Assembly: GCA_030524545.1 (NCBI GenBank)
Contig: JAUNGM010000020.1
Span: 17,884 to 81,883 of the forward strand
DNA: 64,000 nucleotides
Direction of reading: 5' to 3'
Origin: Eubacteriales bacterium
GTDB taxonomy: Bacteria; Bacillota; Clostridia; Lachnospirales; Lachnospiraceae
Below, in pieces: positions 37,038 through 44,800 of the stretch (the first letter of the stretch is position 1; every line of letters starts with the position of its first letter). The position numbers and the translations under genes are program-made. The notes below the pieces were generated by a model. The model was not told where the DNA came from. It was given only the letters and a program-made list of their open reading frames with translations, and did no database searches.

Positions 37038-38705
37038 ATGAAGTTTGCGGAAAATAACAGAATTTCCCACAGGCAGTTTTACCGTCAGATGGTGCTGGCG
37101 TTTTTGGCTCCTTTTTTATTGTGTTTGTTTGGGAGGGACAGAATTCTCGGGCCGGCCGGAATTGCGGGGACGGTTGCGGGAATGATCCTGCTTTTGTTTT
37201 ATGTGATTTTTCTGATTCGGCTGGAGCCATACTATTCGGATCTGAATAAGTCTGCAGGAGGATTCTGGAGCCGTATCTTTGGTGGCTTTTTTGTGATTTA
37301 TGTGCTTCTTACAGCAGCGTATCTGCTGGAGGTTTTGGAAAGAATTGTTCCTATGAGTCTCTTAACAGGAGTGTCCGGACGCGTGATTTCTTTTTGTGCA
37401 GTTCTTGTATGTGCGTTTGGAACGCATAAAGGGATGCAGAGACGGGGAAGGATGGCGGAGGTTTCCGGCGGTTTGCTGCTGGGAGGAATTGTATTGATGA
37501 TGCTTCTCTGCCTTGGGCAGAGCAGGATTTCTTATCTGGAAGAGATGTCCGGAGCGTGGAATTTCAGCGGAGAGGATTTTGTAAAGAGTACGTATGGAAT
37601 ATTATGTGCGTTCTCCGGAATCGGGCTCATACCGTTTGTGTTGGGAAATGTGCAGAAGCAGGGAAGTGCATGGAAACCGGCGGCACTTGGGATATTGACT
37701 TTAAGCGGAGTTATTTTGGGAATGCTCTTTTTGTTTCCGGCAGTCTTTGGATGGAAAAGGCTTCAGATGGAGAAATTTCCGGTGCTTCCGCTGCTGGCGG
37801 GGGCAGATCTTCCGGGAAATGTACTGGCGCGGTTTGATGTGCTGTGGATGGGATTTTTACTGTACAGCCTTCTGTTTGCCATAGGGAGCCTGTTTCATTA
37901 CGGGCACCAGATCATCCGGCTGTCACATTTGGGGACAGGAAGATACTGGATGGCAGTTATCGTTTATCTGCTTTCCATTCTTGAGTTTGACGGTATCGGG
38001 ATTGAAGATTATTACGGCGTTTACCTGGGGTATTTTTTTGTACCGGGACTATTGATTCTGCAAATTTTTCTGATGCTGCGGGGAAAAGGACGAAGAAAGA
38101 AAAAGGCGGCAGCAGCGGCTGCTCTCTCTGTAATGCTTTTCCTGTCCGGATGCGCCGGCGTAGAGCCGGAAAAAAGAATGTACCCCTTGGCACTTGGAGC
38201 GGATACGACAGATGAGGGTTTTGTACTCACGTATGGAATGCCGGATCTTCCACAGGCTACCGGACAGGATAAGCAGGAGGAAGAAGGCAGTGTTTCGGCT
38301 CTTACAATTACAGGAGCGGATTTTGGGCAAATTGAAGCGTCCTATAACCGATCCCAGGAAAAATATCTGGATATGGGCCATTTGCAGGTACTGATCCTGG
38401 GAAACCGTATAGCAGGAGACGGAAATTGGACTGTGCTTTTGGACTATCTGGAACAGGAACCGTTTGTAGGTGAAAATGTCTATGTATTCCGAACGGAAAA
38501 CCCGAAAGAAATCCTGGAGTGGAAAAACGGAAAAGGAACTTCTATTGGAGAATATCTGACCGGACTGATGGAGAATCGTATGTCCGGTCAGCAAAAACAG
38601 GGTGTGACACTGCGTGAAGTTTATCATCAGCGATATCATAGCGGCGAAATGCCGCAGCTTCCGGAAATACGGATAAATGGAACGGAGATCGAGGTTTATT
38701 TATAG
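37038..38705 (+). CDS. Fused germinant-receptor B subunit (permease) and N-terminal half of a Ger(x)C lipoprotein
   Basis: About 345-aa polytopic GerAB-like region. It is followed in frame by RKKKAAAAAALSVMLFLSGC (lipobox) and about 190 aa resembling the GerAC N-domain. The GerAC C-terminal domain is absent. Confidence 0.7.
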   Translation: MKFAENNRISHRQFYRQMVLAFLAPFLLCLFGRDRILGPAGIAGTVAGMILLLFYVIFLIRLEPYYSDLNKSAGGFWSRIFGGFFVIYVLLTAAYLLEVLERIVPMSLLTGVSGRVISFCAVLVCAFGTHKGMQRRGRMAEVSGGLLLGGIVLMMLLCLGQSRISYLEEMSGAWNFSGEDFVKSTYGILCAFSGIGLIPFVLGNVQKQGSAWKPAALGILTLSGVILGMLFLFPAVFGWKRLQMEKFPVLPLLAGADLPGNVLARFDVLWMGFLLYSLLFAIGSLFHYGHQIIRLSHLGTGRYWMAVIVYLLSILEFDGIGIEDYYGVYLGYFFVPGLLILQIFLMLRGKGRRKKKAAAAAALSVMLFLSGCAGVEPEKRMYPLALGADTTDEGFVLTYGMPDLPQATGQDKQEEEGSVSALTITGADFGQIEASYNRSQEKYLDMGHLQVLILGNRIAGDGNWTVLLDYLEQEPFVGENVYVFRTENPKEILEWKNGKGTSIGEYLTGLMENRMSGQQKQGVTLREVYHQRYHSGEMPQLPEIRINGTEIEVYL

Positions 38706-38752
38706 CAGGAAACATGAATAAAGGACAGGAATAAGGCAATACTCTTGATAGC

Positions 38753-38820
38753 AAAAGGGATGGCTTTAAGTGGGGAATGTTGGCTCATTTGAAAAGCCGG
38801 CTGCCGCGTCATCCCTTTTA
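38753..38820 (+). terminator. Structured hairpin with a U-tract after the ger genes
   Basis: AAAGGGATG / CATCCCTTT outer stem enclosing a GGCTTT/AAAGCC stem, followed by TTTT. Confidence 0.45.
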
Positions 38821-38843
38821 AACAAAACAATCAGGAGGCGCCA

Positions 38844-39095
38844 ATGACCTATTTAAGAAATAAAAAAAATCGTGTGCTTTTATCCATATTAGCAGCAATT
38901 GCAGCCACTCTCTTAACATTGTCTGTTCCTCATACCCAAAAGAAACCGGACGTTCTTGCCTGGTGGGGAACCATTTATCCTGAATTTTGTTTTTCCGGAG
39001 CGGAAGATTTATCGGATAAGGAACTATACGGAAACCCGAAAGAGCTGCCGCGGGTAAAGATTTCCTTCTGGCTTGCGAAAGCCCTGAATTGGTGA
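38844..39095 (+). CDS. Small membrane-anchored hypothetical protein (83 aa)
   Basis: AGGAGG RBS 5 nt upstream. One N-terminal TM segment. No recognised family. Confidence 0.5.
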   Translation: MTYLRNKKNRVLLSILAAIAATLLTLSVPHTQKKPDVLAWWGTIYPEFCFSGAEDLSDKELYGNPKELPRVKISFWLAKALNW

Positions 39096-39136
39096 TAGAA
39101 TAGGAAAAAACAATTGTAAGAGATGGAGAAAATTCA

Positions 39137-39958
39137 ATGAAAATAGACAGAGATGCCCCCATAGGCGTGTTTGACTCCGGTATCGGAGGCCTTACGGTTG
39201 CCAGGGAAATCATGAGAAATCTCCCGTCAGAAAAAATAGTATATTTTGGCGACACGGCAAGGGTACCCTACGGAAGCAAATCAAAAGAAACGATTATCCG
39301 CTATTCCCGCCAGATTATCCGTTTTCTCCGGGAGCAGCAAGTGAAAGCGATTGTGATTGCATGCAATACGGCAAGTGCCTTTGCTTTGGATGAAGTACGT
39401 CATGAACTGGATATTCCTGTGCTGGGGGTAATTGAATCAGGTGCAATTGTTGCTGCGCAGGAAACCAGGAATAAGAGGGTCGGTGTGATCGGAACGATAG
39501 GAACGGTCGGAAGCGGGATTCACGAGGCGCATTTGCGGAAGCTGGATCCGGAGATCACAGTTATCGGCAAAGCCTGCCCTTTGTTTGTTCCCCTGGTGGA
39601 GGAAGGATGGCTGCATGATCCTGTAACGTTTGAGGTGGCCAGAAGATATCTCAGAGAATTACAGGAACGGGAAATTGACACATTGATTTTAGGCTGTACG
39701 CATTATCCGTTAATTCGTTCTACCATTGGTGAAGTGATGGGGGAGGGAGTGCGGCTGGTCAACCCGGCTTATGAGACTGCATTGGAGCTGAAGAGCCTGC
39801 TTACGAAGGAAGAGCTTTTAGGTACGGGCAAAGAGCAGGAGGAGTTTCCATACCGGTTCTATGTGAGCGACCTGGCAGATAAATTTAAAAGTTTTGCGAA
39901 TTCCATCCTGCCGTATGATGTGGAAATGACACAGAAGATAGACATTGAAAAATACTGA
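39137..39958 (+). CDS. murI: Glutamate racemase
   Basis: DSGIGGLTV, IACNTAS and LGCTHYP motifs. Confidence 0.95.
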   Translation: MKIDRDAPIGVFDSGIGGLTVAREIMRNLPSEKIVYFGDTARVPYGSKSKETIIRYSRQIIRFLREQQVKAIVIACNTASAFALDEVRHELDIPVLGVIESGAIVAAQETRNKRVGVIGTIGTVGSGIHEAHLRKLDPEITVIGKACPLFVPLVEEGWLHDPVTFEVARRYLRELQEREIDTLILGCTHYPLIRSTIGEVMGEGVRLVNPAYETALELKSLLTKEELLGTGKEQEEFPYRFYVSDLADKFKSFANSILPYDVEMTQKIDIEKY

Positions 39959-40034
39959 TGGGAAGTATCGACAGGTAATATGGATACTGGAGAATATAAA
40001 AATTTTTGAATATGAACTTTGGAGGGAAATGCGT

Positions 40035-40481
40035 ATGGATAAGGATGTACTGATTCATGTGCGCGGTCTTCAGATGATGGATACGGAGGAAGGCCAGGAG
40101 CCTATAGAAATCGTTGTTCCGGGACAGTATTATTTCCGTAACGGAAGCCATTATCTTCGTTATGAAGAGATTATAGATGAATCATCCGTGCCTACCGTAA
40201 ATTACATAAAAATGTCCCCGCAGGGAGTAGAAGTCAGGAAAAAGGGCCTCGTGAATGTGCATATGGTCTTTGAGCAGGGTAAGAAGAATATGACTTATTA
40301 TACTACTCCATTCGGCACGATTCAGATGGGAATTGCCACTACAGGCCTGGAATTAAATGAGAATAATGACAGCATTAATATGACTGTGGATTATGCCCTG
40401 GATATGAATGAAGAGCATGTGGCAGACTGTTACCTTACTATTCAGGCGCAGACAAAGGACTCGGGAATGGCAGTCCTGTAA
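40035..40481 (+). CDS. DUF1934 (YwiB-like) beta-barrel protein
   Basis: Size and pattern are typical of DUF1934. ATG at 40035 lies 8 nt after GGAGGG. Confidence 0.7.
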   Translation: MDKDVLIHVRGLQMMDTEEGQEPIEIVVPGQYYFRNGSHYLRYEEIIDESSVPTVNYIKMSPQGVEVRKKGLVNVHMVFEQGKKNMTYYTTPFGTIQMGIATTGLELNENNDSINMTVDYALDMNEEHVADCYLTIQAQTKDSGMAVL

Positions 40482-40503
40482 AAAGTTTTATACGGAATAG
40501 ATA

Positions 40504-40555
40504 AAAAAGGGGCGGCCCCGGGAGATTTAAAATCTTCCGGGGCCGATTGATTTTT
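40504..40555. terminator. Bidirectional terminator between the DUF1934 (+) and cotH (-) genes
   Basis: CGGCCCCGG / CCGGGGCCG 9-bp stem flanked by an A-run (5' side) and a T-rich tract (3' side). Confidence 0.75.
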
Positions 40556-40603
40556 ATGAATGAGAATTGTCCGGCGGAACAGTTTTATTCAAAGCATTTT
40601 TTT

Positions 40604-42241
40604 CTAAGATCTTTGATGGCCCATATTACCCATACTGCCCATGGAGGAAATGGAGAGGTCATCCGCATTTATGAGGGAAGAAGAGTCTTTCTCCTGTTCT
40701 TCTGAGGTAGAAGGGACAGAACCGTCTAACTGCCCGGCGATGCTTTCGGCACGAAGAAGACAAAACTCTTTCAGTGTGGAAATACCTGTCTGAAATTCCT
40801 CATAGGTACAGAATTTTGTGGGGTCTTTTTCTACGTAAGGCGCAATCATTTCAGAAACGGAATCAATCAGTTCTTCCAGATATCCGCTGTCAAAATACTG
40901 AGAAATAAATGTCTCAAAATATTCATGATAAAGTTCCGTATATTCCTCATTATTAAAAATCCATGCCAGCATGGGGCGCGATTCGATAGTTCCGCCGGAT
41001 ACGGGAGTATCGATGGGATAATTGACCAGGGCAGTGGCATCCGTTTCGTTTTGGAAACCGCCGAAAGCGAGGTTGTAATCCCATGGAATCATGGATAGCT
41101 GCCCGTTCTCTTCGTAAAGGTAGTAATTGTGAATCATGGAGCCTGTGTAGCTGTCAAAATTGCAGACAAAGTTATGGATCACAAAGTAACGGATCACCGA
41201 TTCTATGTCTACGGTGGTTTCCAGGTTTCTATTTTCATTCAGAGATTTCAGGGAAGCAATAAGACGCTCCTTGTCTTCATCGGTAATGTCTGTCTTGGCA
41301 TTGTCAAAGACGTTTGTATAGCTATCGTATTCATCATCCGAATAAATCAGGGAAACATCATCGCTGCCCATGGCCATGCCGCCCGAACCGAAATTTCCGC
41401 CGTGCTGCCGCATACCGCCCGGACGGGAATTGCCGTTCTGCTGCGGAACATCGTCCGGGCTGAAATTGCCGTTCTGCTGCGGAGTATCATCAGGTTTAAA
41501 ATTGCCGTTCTGCTGAGGAATATCGTCCGGGCTGAAATTGCCATTCTGATGTGACAAATCCTTGTCAGAAGATGAAAAATCGTCCATGTCAAAGCCGTTT
41601 CCGTTGCCGCGGCCGCCGCCCATGCTCATGCTGTCCGGCTTATAAAGTTCTCCGTAATCATTTCCGTAATTCCGCTGAAGGAAGCTTTCCTCCACACCCT
41701 CCACTGCCAGATAAAGTCCCCAGTCTTCCCCATTGACAGTGATATAGACAAAGCTGCACAGAGGTGCACTCGCACCGAAGGTGCCCATCATCCGGTAACA
41801 CAGGAAATCTTTCATATAAGTATTGTCCTGAATGATATTATTCAGGCTGAGCTTATCCAGTCCATGATAGGTTTTCGAATTGTCGTAATGATCAAATTCG
41901 ATTTTGAAGCTGTACCGGTCATTGCCGTAGGCTGCCACGGAGCTTAAAGAGGTATTTCCCTTGGCGCGGATGCCAACGTCTTTGAAGGCCTCGTTGTCAA
42001 TGACAACAGAACAGTTTACATACTCCTCATTCTCACAGGAATCCAGAAAGCTGTCCCAGTCATCCATGACAATATTCAGAGTATGTACGGCAGAAGAATC
42101 AAACAGTGTTTGCTCATAAGTAAAGGAGGTACTGACTGCCTCGATTCCGATTTGTTTTCCATTGGCGAACAGGCATGTAAGAAGCAGAATCAATGCAAGG
42201 ACGATACAGCAGATTTTGTCAATATGTTTACTTGTAGACAT
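40604..42241 (-). CDS. CotH kinase family protein with an N-terminal anchor and an internal QQNGNFxPDDxP repeat insert
   Basis: CotH-like conserved blocks (LSLNNIIQDNTYMKDFL, YKPD, WDYNLAFG). 545 aa. Confidence 0.85.
   Translation of the reverse strand: MSTSKHIDKICCIVLALILLLTCLFANGKQIGIEAVSTSFTYEQTLFDSSAVHTLNIVMDDWDSFLDSCENEEYVNCSVVIDNEAFKDVGIRAKGNTSLSSVAAYGNDRYSFKIEFDHYDNSKTYHGLDKLSLNNIIQDNTYMKDFLCYRMMGTFGASAPLCSFVYITVNGEDWGLYLAVEGVEESFLQRNYGNDYGELYKPDSMSMGGGRGNGNGFDMDDFSSSDKDLSHQNGNFSPDDIPQQNGNFKPDDTPQQNGNFSPDDVPQQNGNSRPGGMRQHGGNFGSGGMAMGSDDVSLIYSDDEYDSYTNVFDNAKTDITDEDKERLIASLKSLNENRNLETTVDIESVIRYFVIHNFVCNFDSYTGSMIHNYYLYEENGQLSMIPWDYNLAFGGFQNETDATALVNYPIDTPVSGGTIESRPMLAWIFNNEEYTELYHEYFETFISQYFDSGYLEELIDSVSEMIAPYVEKDPTKFCTYEEFQTGISTLKEFCLLRAESIAGQLDGSVPSTSEEQEKDSSSLINADDLSISSMGSMGNMGHQRS
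41429..41552 (-). repeat. 36-bp coding tandem repeat, about 3.4 copies (12-aa unit PQQNGNF[S/K]PDD[I/T/V])
   Basis: Units at 41429-41464, 41465-41500 and 41501-41536, a partial unit to about 41552, and a degenerate copy from about 41391. Confidence 0.9.
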
Positions 42242-42276
42242 GATGTATAGTTCTCCATTTGATATTTCAGTTCGAC

Positions 42277-42948
42277 TCAGCCCATATATTCTCCGTTGTA
42301 ACTTACCAATATGGCACTGCTCACGCCTTCCATATCGGCAAGCGTATTGATAAAGTCCGTATTATCTTCTTTCATCCGGATTTCCAGATTCAGCTCTATG
42401 GAACCCTTCTGAGCGGTTTTACTTTTTACGGTGCAGCGTTTCACCTGGCTTTTCAGGAAATGGATGGCGTTTTGTTCGCTTTCATGATCCGCGCAGCCAA
42501 TGACGACAATATATGGATTCAGGTAAGGTTTTCGGTTGACGAAGATCAGAAGGATGATTCCGATAAAAACACTTCCTGCAACTGCAAGTATGAGCATGCC
42601 GGATGCAAGGATAATTCCCGCGGCAATGGCCCAGAACAGAAAAGCAAGATCCAGCGGTTCTTTGATGGCAGTACGGAAGCGGACGATGGAAAGAGCACCT
42701 ACCATACCGAGAGATAGAACGACATTAGATGTTACTGCCAGAATCAGTATGGAAGTAATCATAGTAAGGGCAATGAGAGTGACGCCAAAGCTGGATGAGT
42801 ACATCACCCCGGAGAAGGTTTTTTTATAGACAAAAAAGATAAACATACCAATGCCAAATGCCAGCACCATGGTCAGGAACATATCGAGAATGCTGATGCT
42901 GTTCATTGTTTCCAGAAAGCTTGATTTAAAAATATCATTAAAAGTCAT
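42277..42948 (-). CDS. DUF4956-domain membrane protein
   Basis: N-terminal TM bundle with the SIVRFRTAIKEP motif. Canonical neighbour of VTC-domain genes. Confidence 0.8.
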   Translation of the reverse strand: MTFNDIFKSSFLETMNSISILDMFLTMVLAFGIGMFIFFVYKKTFSGVMYSSSFGVTLIALTMITSILILAVTSNVVLSLGMVGALSIVRFRTAIKEPLDLAFLFWAIAAGIILASGMLILAVAGSVFIGIILLIFVNRKPYLNPYIVVIGCADHESEQNAIHFLKSQVKRCTVKSKTAQKGSIELNLEIRMKEDNTDFINTLADMEGVSSAILVSYNGEYMG

Positions 42949-42991
42949 GATCGTGTCTCCTTAGTTTTTTGTAATGTGCAGTGAAACGGGG

Positions 42992-43672
42992 CTAAAAAAG
43001 AATCCTGCAGGCCGCATATTTGGAAAAAGCGCCTGGGCGTCTCCCGTGAAGCTGTACGGCATCCTGAATGACAGAGGGAAGAAACGCATCCCATTTCACT
43101 TCCAGAATGATGGGGGAACCGCAGACAGGAACCGTGATGCAGCCGGTGTTTAGAAAATCAGTGCAGTACAGTCCGGTACGGATGTTATAGTCCAGAGTTA
43201 CGCGCACATTCCCGGGCGGATATACAAAAGGTTCTCTTGTGTAATCGACGATGGTTTTTGGCTTCAGTCCCTGATTGTTCATTTTGCAGTATAACTCGTA
43301 AATGAGAGGGCGGCTGCTGTCCTTCATCCATTCCAGATCACTGCTGACGATTGCCTGGGCTTCTTCGCGGGTTAAGGATGCGGTCTGTTTATTGCAAAGT
43401 CCGCCTGCCTTACTTTTCTTTTCCAGATGGATGAGGGACGTATCATTGTTGTAATAACGTATACGGAATTTTTAACGCCGGCTTACCCCGTCCAGCTTTT
43501 CCCGGAGTGCTTTATCTGCCGGATTATCGAAATAAAGACTTCGGATTTCGTATCTGCCATCTATGGTATGGCTGTCCGGCCGGGCAACTGCCAGCATTCT
43601 CTGACGGATCGCCATCATGTCGGACGTATTGATCTCGTGTTTCCACTCATGTCGAAAGTCCATTTTTTTCAC
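42992..43672 (-). pseudogene. VTC-domain (polyphosphate polymerase-like) gene interrupted by one in-frame TAA at 43472-43474 (complement)
   Basis: Reads ...REKLDGVSRR*KFRIRYYNNDTSLIHLEKK... in a single frame, with no other stop down to 42992. Confidence 0.8.
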
Positions 43673-43751
43673 CTCCTTATGGTGAGGATATTTGGATAAA
43701 GATTTGAAATGGATTTTACAGGAAGAACCTTAAATGAAGTTAAAATAGGAA

Positions 43752-43911
43752 CCATAATGTAACTATTCAGCAGGTAGTATCCCGCGAGGTGTTTTCATGC
43801 ATTTATGCATGAAAATCCCGAGACATACAAGCCAAAATTCCTTCACCGAAGGTGATCTCTAATGAATTTTGGCTCGTAACTGTGAAGGTACTGAACAGTT
43901 ACACCATAATG
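43752..43911. mobile_element. MITE-like element of about 146 bp: 13-bp terminal inverted repeats flanked by the direct repeat CCATAATG
   Basis: TGTAACTATTCAG (43758-43770) versus CTGAACAGTTACA (43891-43903), 12/13 complementary. CCATAATG at 43752-43759 and 43904-43911. Several perfect internal hairpins. Confidence 0.5.
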
Positions 43912-43936
43912 AGAAAAAGAGAGATATGGCAGCATG

Positions 43937-43970
43937 AAAAAAACGCTGCAGAAGTCAACAACTGCAGCGG
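43937..43970 (-). terminator. Rho-independent terminator of the 43981-44436 gene
   Basis: CGCTGCAG / CTGCAGCG stem. On the minus strand it is followed by TTTTTTT. Confidence 0.75.
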
Positions 43971-43980
43971 TTCATGAAAA

Positions 43981-44436
43981 TTATTTTTTATCTTTATTTT
44001 TTTTGAAGATACGTTTGAAGAAGCCCTGTTTCTGTTCCGGAGCTTCCAGCTTGCCACGGATGCCGCGAACTCCTACGATATAAAGTCCGCTGACTTCTGC
44101 CTTGATTTCTTTCTTTACGGGAATCAGGTCAAAGACCTTTTCGTCAGCAATCAAGATACTGATCTTGGGGCCGACTTTAGCTTTGACAATGGGAAGCTTG
44201 GAGCGGCGCATGAGCTTCGGGGTCTGATCGATGACCATCTGAGGAAGGCCGGATTCCTTCAGCGGAAGCCGCTTCTTATCAATGACCAGCATGGAAACGG
44301 TCTGTTTGGTAGCTTCAATCTGTGCCTGCTGTTCTTCCTGCTTTTTCTGAGCTTTCTTGCCGAAGAAGTATAGAGCAATCAATACTCCGATCAGAACTAC
44401 CAGAATGACAAGAAGGACGATCGTTACTGTACTCAT
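43981..44436 (-). CDS. Hypothetical membrane-anchored protein (151 aa), lysine-rich
   Basis: N-terminal TM helix, good coding length, own terminator. No recognised family. Confidence 0.6.
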   Translation of the reverse strand: MSTVTIVLLVILVVLIGVLIALYFFGKKAQKKQEEQQAQIEATKQTVSMLVIDKKRLPLKESGLPQMVIDQTPKLMRRSKLPIVKAKVGPKISILIADEKVFDLIPVKKEIKAEVSGLYIVGVRGIRGKLEAPEQKQGFFKRIFKKNKDKK

Positions 44437-44719
44437 ATGTATCCTCCTGATATATAATTTAGTAGAATTTTGATGAAACCTGCCATGTCGCGCAGAGCCT
44501 GTTCTGAAAGAACATCATGATGGAGCCGATGCCCGACTGGGTGTATGTTTTGCGTAGTATATTCTACCATTAAATAAAAGAAAAGGCAATTAGTTTGTGA
44601 AGTTTTCATAATCATTTGCATTTAACGGGTGGAAATTTGAATCATTAATAGGTATAATGAAGCTACTATTTTACTGCATGAAAGTGAATAGCAGGATAAA
44701 GAACCGCAGACAGTGAAAG

Positions 44720-44742
44720 CTGTGAAGGCAAGGAACAGATAC
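44720..44742. repeat. Copy of the CTGTGAAGG..GAACAGwTAC motif
   Basis: 19/23 identical to 43880-43902. Confidence 0.5.
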
Positions 44743-44800
44743 GAATAATTATTTCTAATGTGGAGAAAGTAAAATATACAGAATATACCAAGGAGTCAGA

